The notes under the pieces were generated by a model. That model saw nothing but the letters and a program-made list of their open reading frames with translations, did no database searches and was not told the DNA's origin. This document shows, piece by piece, positions 1 through 7,596 of a stretch of 13,206 nt of DNA; position 1 is the first letter of the stretch; every line of letters starts with the position of its first letter. Source of the stretch: Nitrospirota bacterium (GTDB lineage: Bacteria > Nitrospirota > UBA9217); assembly GCA_029858565.1 (NCBI GenBank), contig JAOUEV010000076.1, positions 1 through 13,206 of the forward strand, read 5' to 3'. Both the position numbers and the translations under genes were made by a program.

Positions 1-1
1 T

Positions 2-3000
2 GCCGAGCCGCCGCCGTTGCCGGCAGGAACGACCGCGCCCATCGACATTACCCAGCCGGTGCCGCTCATCCCGGCAGCGCAGCTGCACATGGGCGACCCG
101 ATCTTCCTCCGCCTGACCGACGGGGACCAGAACAACGATCCCGCTGCGGCGGAAACGGTCCTGGTGACCCTTCGCGACCCCGGGACCGGGGACGTCGAGG
201 TGGTGCGGTTGACCGAGACCGGTCCGAACACCGGTGTGTTCACGGGATACATCGAGACCGACGACCAGGCCGCGGCGATCGGGAACGGCGTGCTGAACGT
301 TGCCGTCGAGACCAGCATCGTCGCCAACTACATCGACTCGGCGGACGCAACGGATACAGAGGTCACAGCGGTGCTCGTGGATCCCTATGGCATGGTGTTC
401 AACAGCTCGACCGGCGCGCCGGTGGACGGGGCGATCGTGTCCCTACTGGACGTCAATACGGGAAACCCGGCCACGGTCTTTGGCGATGACGGTGTCAGCG
501 CCTATCCGGCCAGCGTCACCACCGGCGGGACCGTGCAGGACAGCAGCGGCAGGACCTACACCATGACGCCGGGCGGCTACCGGTTCCCCTTCATCCGGCC
601 CGGACAGTACAGTTTCCAGATCGTCCCGCCCGCGGGCTACCGGGCGCCGTCGCAGGTCTCTGACGCGGCGCTGCAGCAGCTTCCGGGCGCGCCGTTCGCG
701 CTGGTCACCCCGGGTTCGCGGGGCGAGAACTTCACGGTCAATCCCGGGCCGGCGATCCACATCGATATCCCGATCGACCCCACGGGCAACCGGCTCTACC
801 TGATCAAGACCGCGGGCAAGCAGACCGCGGCGATCGGCGATTTCGTGCCCTACCAGCTGATCGTGGAGAACATCGACCCTTCGGGGCCGGTGCCGGCGGT
901 GACGATCACCGACCTCCTGCCCCCGGGCTTCCGCTACCGGAAGGGTTCGGCGCGCTTGAACAGCGCACGCCTGGCCGACCCCGCGGTCTCCGCGGACGGC
1001 AGGAGCCTCACCTTCGCGATCGGCGACCTTGCCGCGTCCGCGAAGGCCGAGGTGCGGTACGTTGCCGAGGTCGGCGCGGGCGCCCGTCCGGGCAGGGCGG
1101 TCAACTCGGCCGTTGCCCAGGGCGACGGCGGCGTGACGTCGAACACGGCCACGGCCACGGTGGTCGTGACCGAGGACCTGGTGCGCGGCAAGTCGTTCAT
1201 CGTCGGACGGGTGTTCGACCGATGCGGCGACGCGGGCGGCGGCGTGGCGGGCGTGCGCATTTACCTTGAGGACGGGACCTACACGTTGACCGACAGGGAC
1301 GGCAAGTACCACTTCGAGGCCCTGCGTCCGGGCGCCCATGTGGTGCAGCTCGATACGGAGACCGTGCCCTCGCAGTATGAAGTGCAGACCTGCGAGGAGA
1401 ACACGCGGTTCGCGGGCAACGCCTTCTCCCAGTTCGTCGATCTTCAGGGCGGCACGCTCTGGCGCGCTGATTTTCATCTCGGCCTTAAACCCAGGATGGT
1501 CGGCGAGGCGGGCATCGAGCTCAGGAGCAGCCTGACCCAGACCGTTCCGTTCACGCCGGAGAACATCGGAACACAGAAGGATACGCTGATCAACTATGCG
1601 GTGCCTATCCACATCGGGTCCGTGCCGGTACGGAACCCGCGGCTGACCATCCTGCTCCCCGGGGGAGTGACCTACCTGGCCGGCAGTGCACGGCTCGATG
1701 CCGCGGCACACAATGATCCCGAGATCTCCGGCGGCGCGCTCACCTTCCGGCTGACGGACCTGCCGGGCGACTGGGAAGGGACCCTGCGGTTCGACGGACT
1801 GGTGCCCCTGACCGGCGCGAGCGGCGATCTGGTCACCAAGGCCATACTGACCGTGGACACTCCCCAGGCAGCGAACTCGCGTACCCCGGTGGTGGACAAC
1901 CTGCTGGTCAGGGAATCGAAGGAGGAGCGGCGGGCGGTGCCGGACATCGTGATCCATCCCCGGTTCGCAACGCTCAGCGCGGAGCTGACCAGCCGGGACA
2001 AGAAAGAGATCGACCGGGTTGTCAAGAACCTCGAAAAACTGTACTTGGACCACATCACCGTTACCGGCCATACGGACTCGCAGCAGATCCGCGGAAGGGG
2101 CAGGAAAAAGTTCAGCGACAACTATGTGCTTTCGCAGGCCCGGGCCCAGGCCGTGGCCGATTACCTCGCGCCGAAGCTCAAGCTCACGCCCGAACAGGTG
2201 ACGATCATCGGCAAGGGGCCTGACGAGCCGGTGGCGGACAACAAGACCGCGAAGGGCAGGGCGCGGAACCGCCGCGTGGAACTCCAGGTCGCGACGCAGA
2301 CCCTGCTGCTCTGGTCGGATATCAGGAACCTGAAGGGCTCGAGCGGAATGACCGCGGTGGCCACCGAGGGCCTGCGGCCCGGAGAGGAATGGGGCGGCGC
2401 GGCGGAACAGAACGGGACGGGCAACGGGTCCGGAAAGACCATGCCGGAGTACGATACTGCGTGGGCCAACCGGGCGCAGCCGGGCCTGGAGTGGCTCTGG
2501 CCGGGCGAGGGACATTCCCCGCCCATCCCGACCATCAAGCTCGCGGTCAAGCACGATCCGAACAGGACCCTCACGGTGCTGCTGAACGGCCAGGAGCTGG
2601 ACGCGATCTACCTTGACGGCACGGTGCGGAACCAGATCGGGACCGTGGCGGTCAGCATGTGGCGCGGCGTGCATATCCTCGAGGGCGACAACATCCTCGA
2701 CGCCGTGGAGCGCGACGAGAGCGGGGCGGAGACCGGCAGGGTCACGCGGGTCGTGCACTGCTCCCGCTCGCCGGTCAATGCCGTGCTGGTCCCGAAAAAG
2801 TCGCGGCTCGAGGCGGACGGCAAGCGGCCGCCGGTGATCGCGGTCCGCCTGACGGACAAGGACGGCCATCCTGCCCGTGAAGGCATGCTGGGCGAATATT
2901 CCGTTGATCCGCCCCATCTGCCGCGCAGGCGCGTCGAGGACCTGCAGCAGTCGCCGCTCATCGAGTCGGCCAGCAGGCGTCTCAAGTACGAAGTGGGCGA

Positions 3001-5560
3001 CGACGGCGTGGCGCTCATCGAGCTGCAGCCGACCATGCAGTCCGGCGAAGCAGTGGTCCGGTTCCCCTTCATGACCGGCGAGCAGGAGGTGCGCGCCTGG
3101 CTCAAGCCCGAGGAGCGCGACTGGATCCTCGTGGGACTGGCAGAAGGCACCTACGGATACAACGTGGCGACCGGGAACATGGTGTCCCTGGGCGCCGCGG
3201 GAGCGGACGAGCACTTCTACGACGAAGGCCGCGTGGCCTTCTACGCCAAGGGAAAGATCAAGGGCGAATGGCTCCTGACCATGGCCTACGACAGCGCCAA
3301 GGCGACCACCGACGGCCGACCGAGCATGTACCAGACCATCGACCCGAACAAGTACTACCTGCTCTACGGCGACGCCACGGAGCAGCGCTATGACGCGGCC
3401 AGCGCCAAGAAGATCTATGTCAAGGTGGAGCGCGACCAGTTCTACGCCCTCTTCGGCGACTTCAGCACCGGCCTGACCGTGACCGAGCTGTCCAAGTACA
3501 GCAGGAACCTGACGGGCGTGAAGTCGGAAATGAAGGGCGAGAATTTCGAATACAGCGTCTTCCTGAGCGAGACCACCCAGGCGTTCGTGAAGGACGAGAT
3601 CCGCGGCGACGGGACCTCGGGCCTCTACCGGCTGTCCCGGAAGAACATCGTGCTCAATTCGGATGCCGTGACGATCGAGGTCCGGGACCGGTTCAAGAGC
3701 GAGGTGGTCCTGTCACGCCAGCCCCTTGCGCGGTACCTGGACTATACCATCGACTATGACTCCGGGACCATCTGGTTCAAGACCCCGGTCTACAGCCGCG
3801 ACGAGAACTTCAACCCCATCTACATCGTGGTGGAATACGAGGCATTTGACGCGGCGGACAAGGCCTATACCTACGGCGGCCGGGGCGCCGTGAAACTGAT
3901 GGACAATAAGGTGGTGGTGGGCGCCACGCACGTGCATGAAGGCAGGACCGGAGGCGAGGGCGACCTGAACGGCGTTGACGCCACGGTGCAGGTCACGCCG
4001 ACGACCAGGATCAAGGCCGAGGCGGCGACGACCCGGACCGATCAGCCCGGCGGCGGCACCGCGGACGGATCGGCCTATCTGGCGGAAGTGCAGCACCGGT
4101 CCGAAAAAATCGAAGGCAAGGCCTATGTGCGCGGCCAGGGAAACGGCTTCGGTCTGGGACAGCAGAACGGAAGCGAGACCGGCACGCGCAAGACCGGCGG
4201 CGATATCATCTACCGGATCAACACTCCCTGGAGCGCCGGAGCGGAGGTGTTCCGGCAGGAGACCCTTTCCACGGGCGCAACGCGGGACATGGCCGAGGTC
4301 CGCGGACGGTACGTCCTGCCGCGGTACGAGGCCCGGCTCGGTGTCCGGCACGCCGAGGACAGGCTGGGCACGGGCGAGGCCTACACCTCGGACCAGGTCT
4401 TCGCCTCCAGCCGGTACCAGTTCACGGACCGCCTGGCCGGACGGGTGCAGCATGACCAGTCGATCGGCTCGGGCGACAGCGCCGACTTCCCGACCCGGAC
4501 CACCCTGGGCCTCGATTACCGGCTGAACAACAGCGCCACGCTCTTCGCGGACCAGGAGTTCACGCACAGCGCGGCCCAGGACACGGCGACCTCCCGCATC
4601 GGCGTCAAGGCCTCGCCCTGGACCGGCGGTCAGCTCAGCTCCACCATGGAACAGCAGACGACCGAGTCCGGCGTGCGGCTCTTCTCCACCACAGGCCTCA
4701 AGCAGGGCTGGCAGATCAACAAGCAGTGGAGCGTCGACGGCGGCCTTGACCGCTCCGCCACGATCCGGAATACCGCCGCGCCCACGGTCAATACGAACGT
4801 GCCGCCCGCGTCGGGCGATTCCGAGGACTTCACCGCGGTCAACCTCGGCGCGGGATACCGCCAGCCGAAGTGGTCCTGGACCGGCAGGGTCGAGCAGCGG
4901 ATGGCCGAGAGCGAGGACAAGTTCTCGACCTTCAACGGCGCAAACGGCGAGGTGAGCGAAGGCCTGGCGCTGGCCGCCGGGCTCCAGACCTTCCGCACCC
5001 TTGCCGTGACCGGACTCACGCGCTTCAACGGCGATCTCCGGATTGGCGCGGCCTACCGGCCGCTCCAGACGCGGTTCATCATCCTCGACCGCTTCGACCT
5101 GATCGAAGCACGGCAGCAGGGATCTGATTTCAACTATGACAACTGGCGCGTGGTGAACAACTTCGTGATGAACATGAAGCACGAGACCCGGACCCAGGCG
5201 TCGCTCCTCTACGGCTCCAAGTACGTGAAGGAGAAGATCGATGAGAACGATTACCGCGGATACACGGACCTGCTGGGTCTTGAGGGCCGGTACGACATCA
5301 CGAAGCAGTGGGACATCGGCCTGCGCGGGCTCAGGCTCCATTCCTGGGCGATCGGCCAGACGAGCTACGGCGCCGGGGCGTCGGTGGGCTTTAACGCGGC
5401 AAAGAACCTCTGGGTCAGCCTGGGCTACAACATCACGGGATTCACGGACCGCGATTTCTCCAATGCCGACTTCACGACCCAGGGCCCCTTCATCAAGCTG
5501 CGCATGAAGTTCGACCAGGTCTCGGTCCGCGAGGCCGTGCGCTGGATCACGGGACAATAG
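2..5560 (+). CDS. Giant outer-membrane/envelope protein, 5'-partial: Ig/SdrD-B-like domains, DUF11 domain(s), OmpA-like peptidoglycan-binding domain and long C-terminal putative beta-barrel
   Basis: ORF of at least 1847 aa. The frame is open from base 2 (GCC GAG CCG CCG CCG TTG), so the TTG at 17 is probably not the true start. DUF11-type motif LIKTAGKQTAAIGDFVPYQLIVEN...ITDLLPPGFRY from ~794. SdrD-B-like IVGRVFD...GVAGVRIYLEDG...TDRDGKYHF at ~1200-1320. OmpA C-like motif VTGHTDS...NYVLSQARAQAVADYL...GKGPDEPVADNKTAKGRARNRRVEL within ~1955-2290. From ~3119 to the end, many G/Y/W-rich alternating amphipathic strands. Stop TAG 5558-5560. Confidence 0.85.
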   Translation, partial: AEPPPLPAGTTAPIDITQPVPLIPAAQLHMGDPIFLRLTDGDQNNDPAAAETVLVTLRDPGTGDVEVVRLTETGPNTGVFTGYIETDDQAAAIGNGVLNVAVETSIVANYIDSADATDTEVTAVLVDPYGMVFNSSTGAPVDGAIVSLLDVNTGNPATVFGDDGVSAYPASVTTGGTVQDSSGRTYTMTPGGYRFPFIRPGQYSFQIVPPAGYRAPSQVSDAALQQLPGAPFALVTPGSRGENFTVNPGPAIHIDIPIDPTGNRLYLIKTAGKQTAAIGDFVPYQLIVENIDPSGPVPAVTITDLLPPGFRYRKGSARLNSARLADPAVSADGRSLTFAIGDLAASAKAEVRYVAEVGAGARPGRAVNSAVAQGDGGVTSNTATATVVVTEDLVRGKSFIVGRVFDRCGDAGGGVAGVRIYLEDGTYTLTDRDGKYHFEALRPGAHVVQLDTETVPSQYEVQTCEENTRFAGNAFSQFVDLQGGTLWRADFHLGLKPRMVGEAGIELRSSLTQTVPFTPENIGTQKDTLINYAVPIHIGSVPVRNPRLTILLPGGVTYLAGSARLDAAAHNDPEISGGALTFRLTDLPGDWEGTLRFDGLVPLTGASGDLVTKAILTVDTPQAANSRTPVVDNLLVRESKEERRAVPDIVIHPRFATLSAELTSRDKKEIDRVVKNLEKLYLDHITVTGHTDSQQIRGRGRKKFSDNYVLSQARAQAVADYLAPKLKLTPEQVTIIGKGPDEPVADNKTAKGRARNRRVELQVATQTLLLWSDIRNLKGSSGMTAVATEGLRPGEEWGGAAEQNGTGNGSGKTMPEYDTAWANRAQPGLEWLWPGEGHSPPIPTIKLAVKHDPNRTLTVLLNGQELDAIYLDGTVRNQIGTVAVSMWRGVHILEGDNILDAVERDESGAETGRVTRVVHCSRSPVNAVLVPKKSRLEADGKRPPVIAVRLTDKDGHPAREGMLGEYSVDPPHLPRRRVEDLQQSPLIESASRRLKYEVGDDGVALIELQPTMQSGEAVVRFPFMTGEQEVRAWLKPEERDWILVGLAEGTYGYNVATGNMVSLGAAGADEHFYDEGRVAFYAKGKIKGEWLLTMAYDSAKATTDGRPSMYQTIDPNKYYLLYGDATEQRYDAASAKKIYVKVERDQFYALFGDFSTGLTVTELSKYSRNLTGVKSEMKGENFEYSVFLSETTQAFVKDEIRGDGTSGLYRLSRKNIVLNSDAVTIEVRDRFKSEVVLSRQPLARYLDYTIDYDSGTIWFKTPVYSRDENFNPIYIVVEYEAFDAADKAYTYGGRGAVKLMDNKVVVGATHVHEGRTGGEGDLNGVDATVQVTPTTRIKAEAATTRTDQPGGGTADGSAYLAEVQHRSEKIEGKAYVRGQGNGFGLGQQNGSETGTRKTGGDIIYRINTPWSAGAEVFRQETLSTGATRDMAEVRGRYVLPRYEARLGVRHAEDRLGTGEAYTSDQVFASSRYQFTDRLAGRVQHDQSIGSGDSADFPTRTTLGLDYRLNNSATLFADQEFTHSAAQDTATSRIGVKASPWTGGQLSSTMEQQTTESGVRLFSTTGLKQGWQINKQWSVDGGLDRSATIRNTAAPTVNTNVPPASGDSEDFTAVNLGAGYRQPKWSWTGRVEQRMAESEDKFSTFNGANGEVSEGLALAAGLQTFRTLAVTGLTRFNGDLRIGAAYRPLQTRFIILDRFDLIEARQQGSDFNYDNWRVVNNFVMNMKHETRTQASLLYGSKYVKEKIDENDYRGYTDLLGLEGRYDITKQWDIGLRGLRLHSWAIGQTSYGAGASVGFNAAKNLWVSLGYNITGFTDRDFSNADFTTQGPFIKLRMKFDQVSVREAVRWITGQ

Positions 5561-5565
5561 ACCGC

Positions 5566-5595
5566 GTTCGCGTATGCTCTGTTCGCGTATGCTCT
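5566..5595. repeat. Perfect 15-bp tandem direct repeat (GTTCGCGTATGCTCT)x2
   Basis: 5566-5580 and 5581-5595 are identical. The last T is the first base of the TTGACC -35 element. Confidence 0.9.
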
Positions 5596-5623
5596 TGACC
5601 AATCGGGATTTATCGGGCATACT
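5595..5623 (+). promoter_or_regulatory. Sigma70-type promoter for the 59-aa gene
   Basis: TTGACC (5595-5600), 17-bp spacer, CATACT (5618-5623). Confidence 0.65.
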
Positions 5624-5684
5624 ATGAACAGGGATGCAGTCTATCCTGAGAGGGAGCGCTAATTCAAGAACAACGGAGGACACC

Positions 5685-5864
5685 ATGAAGATCGAGCTGG
5701 AGGGATCGCTGCTGAAATTCATACCCGAGAACGCCCGGGAGAAGGACGAGCTGAATCAGCTCTGGAACATCGTGATCGACTGCGTGAAGGAGAACCGGAA
5801 GCTCGTGCCCGTGGGGCAGTATATCCCCGGCATGAAGGAAGTGGCGACGTTCAATATCGAGTAG
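5685..5864 (+). CDS. Small hypothetical protein, 59 aa (MKIELEGSLLKFIPEN...ATFNIE)
   Basis: GGAGGA RBS at 5675-5680 precedes the ATG at 5685, which I prefer over the ORF-track start at 5634. Codons show the same G/C third-position bias as neighbouring genes. Flanked by a promoter and a terminator. Confidence 0.8.
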   Translation: MKIELEGSLLKFIPENAREKDELNQLWNIVIDCVKENRKLVPVGQYIPGMKEVATFNIE

Positions 5865-5889
5865 GCGGATGGTTCATAGCGGAAACAGC

Positions 5890-5930
5890 ACAAGGCCCGG
5901 GATACTCCCGGGCCTTGTTGTATTTTATTT
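5890..5930 (+). terminator. Intrinsic terminator between the convergent small gene and tRNA-Leu, possibly bidirectional
   Basis: Perfect 13-bp stem ACAAGGCCCGGGA (5890-5902) / TCCCGGGCCTTGT (5906-5918) with loop TAC, followed by TGTATTTTATTT on the + strand. Confidence 0.75.
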
Positions 5931-6016
5931 GGTGCCGGCGGTCGGAATCGAACCGACATGGAGTTGCCCCCGGAGGATTTTGAGTCCTCTGCGTCTACCA
6001 GTTCCACCACGCCGGC
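5930..6016 (-). tRNA. tRNA-Leu (anticodon CAA)
   Basis: Reverse complement reads GCCGGCG TG GTGGAACTGGTAGACGC A GAGGA CTCAAAA TCCTC CGGGGGCAACTCCAT GTCGG TTCGATT CCGAC CGCCGGC A CCA. It has a 7-bp acceptor stem, CAA anticodon, long variable arm, TTCGA T-loop, A discriminator and encoded CCA; 87 nt. Confidence 0.97.
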
Positions 6017-6025
6017 ACAGACGAA

Positions 6026-6054
6026 AACTTACCCGAAACGAGCCCACGCGTCAA
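6026..6054 (-). promoter_or_regulatory. Sigma70-type promoter of tRNA-Leu
   Basis: On the minus strand: TTGACG (6054-6049), 17-bp spacer, TAAGTT (6031-6026), ending 9 nt before the tRNA 5' end. Confidence 0.6.
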
Positions 6055-6064
6055 GCAAAAAGGC

Positions 6065-6093
6065 TTGAAACACCGGGACCCCGTCTGTATAAT
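6065..6093 (+). promoter_or_regulatory. Near-consensus sigma70 promoter for the downstream gene run
   Basis: TTGAAA (6065-6070), 17-bp spacer, TATAAT (6088-6093). Confidence 0.75.
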
Positions 6094-6103
6094 ATAGTTC
6101 TCT

Positions 6104-6586
6104 ATGCTAACGGGCTATAACACGGATTTCAAGTTCCAGGGCAGGGTCTATCACTGCCAGACCGAGGACGGCGGGATCCATAATCCCTTCATCACCTCGC
6201 TGATGTACCATCAGGGCGCGATCCTCGCCCGCCGCAAGACGAGCTACGAGGACATCATCAAGGCTGACTGCCTCGATGACGTGGTCCGCGAGCTCATGAT
6301 GGAACAGCACAAACAGATGATCCGCGACCTGATGCAGGGCAAGCTCGACGTGAACGCGAACGCCGCGGCCGCGGACCTGGCGCCGATGCCGCTTCCGAAG
6401 GTCGCACCAGCGCCCGCGCCGGCCCCTCCGGCACCCAAACCCGCGGCGCCGAAGCCGGTGGCCCCTCCTCCCCCCCCGCCGCCCCCCAAACCGGCGCCTC
6501 CGCCTCCGAAGGAGGAGCCCAAGGAGAAGAGCCTCGACGACATCATCCTCGAGTTCCTTGCATCGGAAGACGACAAGAAAAAGTAA
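6104..6586 (+). CDS. Hypothetical protein with globular N-terminal domain, Pro/Ala-rich linker and C-terminal SLDDIILEFL motif (probable RomY-like protein)
   Basis: 160-aa ORF. N-terminus TGYNTDFKFQGRVYHCQTEDGG..NP.I...GAILARRKTSY...VVRELMMEQHKQM, then a Pro-rich segment, then EKSLDDIILEFL. The CDS is well supported. The RomY resemblance is from memory of the myxobacterial family and is unverified. Confidence 0.8.
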   Translation: MLTGYNTDFKFQGRVYHCQTEDGGIHNPFITSLMYHQGAILARRKTSYEDIIKADCLDDVVRELMMEQHKQMIRDLMQGKLDVNANAAAADLAPMPLPKVAPAPAPAPPAPKPAAPKPVAPPPPPPPPKPAPPPPKEEPKEKSLDDIILEFLASEDDKKK

Positions 6587-6649
6587 AGAAGCGGACCGGG
6601 GCGGAAAACCCCGAGCAGCATATCAGCAAAGGTCAGGAGGACCAGGGCA

Positions 6650-7483
6650 GTGAATGAAGAGACATTGAAGACGCTGAGGGACCGGGCGCGCAGGATCCGG
6701 ATCGATATCCTCAAGATGCTGCATGGCAGCGGCTCGGGCCATACCGGCGGCAGCCTGTCGGCGACGGACATCATGACCGCGCTCTATTTCTACAAGCTGA
6801 AGCACGATCCCAAGAATCCGGACTGGAAGGGCCGGGACTGCTTCATCCTGTCCAAGGGACACGCCGCGCCGGTGCTGTACACCACGCTGGCGCACGCGGG
6901 ATACTTCGCGACCGACGAGCTCTGCACGCTCCGGAAGATCGGGTCGCGGCTCCAGGGCCATCCGGACAGCAAGTACCTTCCGGGCGTCGAGATCTCCACG
7001 GGCTCGCTGGGCCAGGGCCTGTCCGTTGCCTGCGGCGTCGCGCTGGCGCACAAGCTCGACAAGGCCCCGAACCGCGTCTACGCGGTGCTGGGCGACGGCG
7101 AACTGCAGGAAGGCCAGATCTGGGAAGCGGCAATGACCGCGGCCCATTACAAGCTGGACAACCTCTGCATCCTCGTGGACAACAACGGACTGCAGATCGA
7201 CGGGCCGGTCGCCAAGGTCATGGGCGTGGAGCCCATTGCGGACAAGTGGCGCGCCTTCGGCTGGGACGTGCAGGACATCGACGGCCACGATATGGCGCAG
7301 CTGGTCGCGGCGCTCGACAAGGCCGAGACCGTGAAGGCTAGGCCCACGGCCATTGTCTGCCGCACGGTCAAAGGCAAGGGTTCCAAGTGCTTCGAGGGCA
7401 AGGTGGAGTTCCACGGAACCACGCCGTCCAAGGATGAGCTGGAAACGGCGCTGAAAGAACTCGATGAAGCCGTTTGTAAATAA
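6650..7483 (+). CDS. Transketolase, N-terminal (TPP-binding) subunit of a split enzyme
   Basis: GTG start after GGAGG (6636-6640). Motifs GHTGGSLS, ILSKGHA, LQGHP, STGSLGQG, TPP-binding GDGELQEG...DNN and TVKGKG...FHG. Confidence 0.95.
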   Translation: MNEETLKTLRDRARRIRIDILKMLHGSGSGHTGGSLSATDIMTALYFYKLKHDPKNPDWKGRDCFILSKGHAAPVLYTTLAHAGYFATDELCTLRKIGSRLQGHPDSKYLPGVEISTGSLGQGLSVACGVALAHKLDKAPNRVYAVLGDGELQEGQIWEAAMTAAHYKLDNLCILVDNNGLQIDGPVAKVMGVEPIADKWRAFGWDVQDIDGHDMAQLVAALDKAETVKARPTAIVCRTVKGKGSKCFEGKVEFHGTTPSKDELETALKELDEAVCK

Positions 7484-7507
7484 CGAATACAAAATCAAAA
7501 TCTTTTC

Positions 7508-7578
7508 TTGACGGGATTGCAGGATAAACGTCTGATTGATCCGAAGTCAACAACCTGTAGATCCTGGTATCCTGTCAA
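7508..7578. repeat. Long imperfect inverted repeat with internal ATCCTG units of 8-9 nt
   Basis: TTGACGGGATTGCAGGAT (7508-7525) pairs with ATCCTGGTATCCTGTCAA (7561-7578): 16 of 18 positions, including one G-T. Inner stem TTGAT/GTCAA (7536-7550). Confidence 0.75.
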
Positions 7579-7596
7579 AGGTCTTTTGGAGGAAAC

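Noticed and set aside
443-3214. 923-aa minus-strand ORF
   Set aside because: Antisense shadow of the giant gene, caused by GC-rich third codon positions. No recognisable motifs.
3713-5722. 669-aa minus-strand ORF
   Set aside because: Antisense shadow overlapping two better-supported plus-strand genes.
5865-5945. tRNA-Leu 3' end as an integration (att) site for an island carrying the giant gene
   Set aside because: No duplicated tRNA 3' fragment, integrase or obvious compositional shift within the window. It cannot be excluded beyond the left edge.
5756-6120. Short ORFs 5756-6010 (-) and 5869-6120 (+)
   Set aside because: They overlap the tRNA-Leu gene and terminator, so they are spurious translations.
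6470-6477. C8 homopolymer as a phase-variation tract
   Set aside because: Short and fully explained by consecutive Pro codons in the Pro-rich linker.
6597-6613. Small CGGGG/CCCCG hairpin after the Pro-rich gene
   Set aside because: Only 5 bp with no U-tract, so there is no support for a terminator.
7508-7540. TTGACG at 7508 as the -35 of an internal promoter
   Set aside because: No convincing -10 at 16-18 bp spacing. The hexamer is better explained as the end of the inverted-repeat arm.
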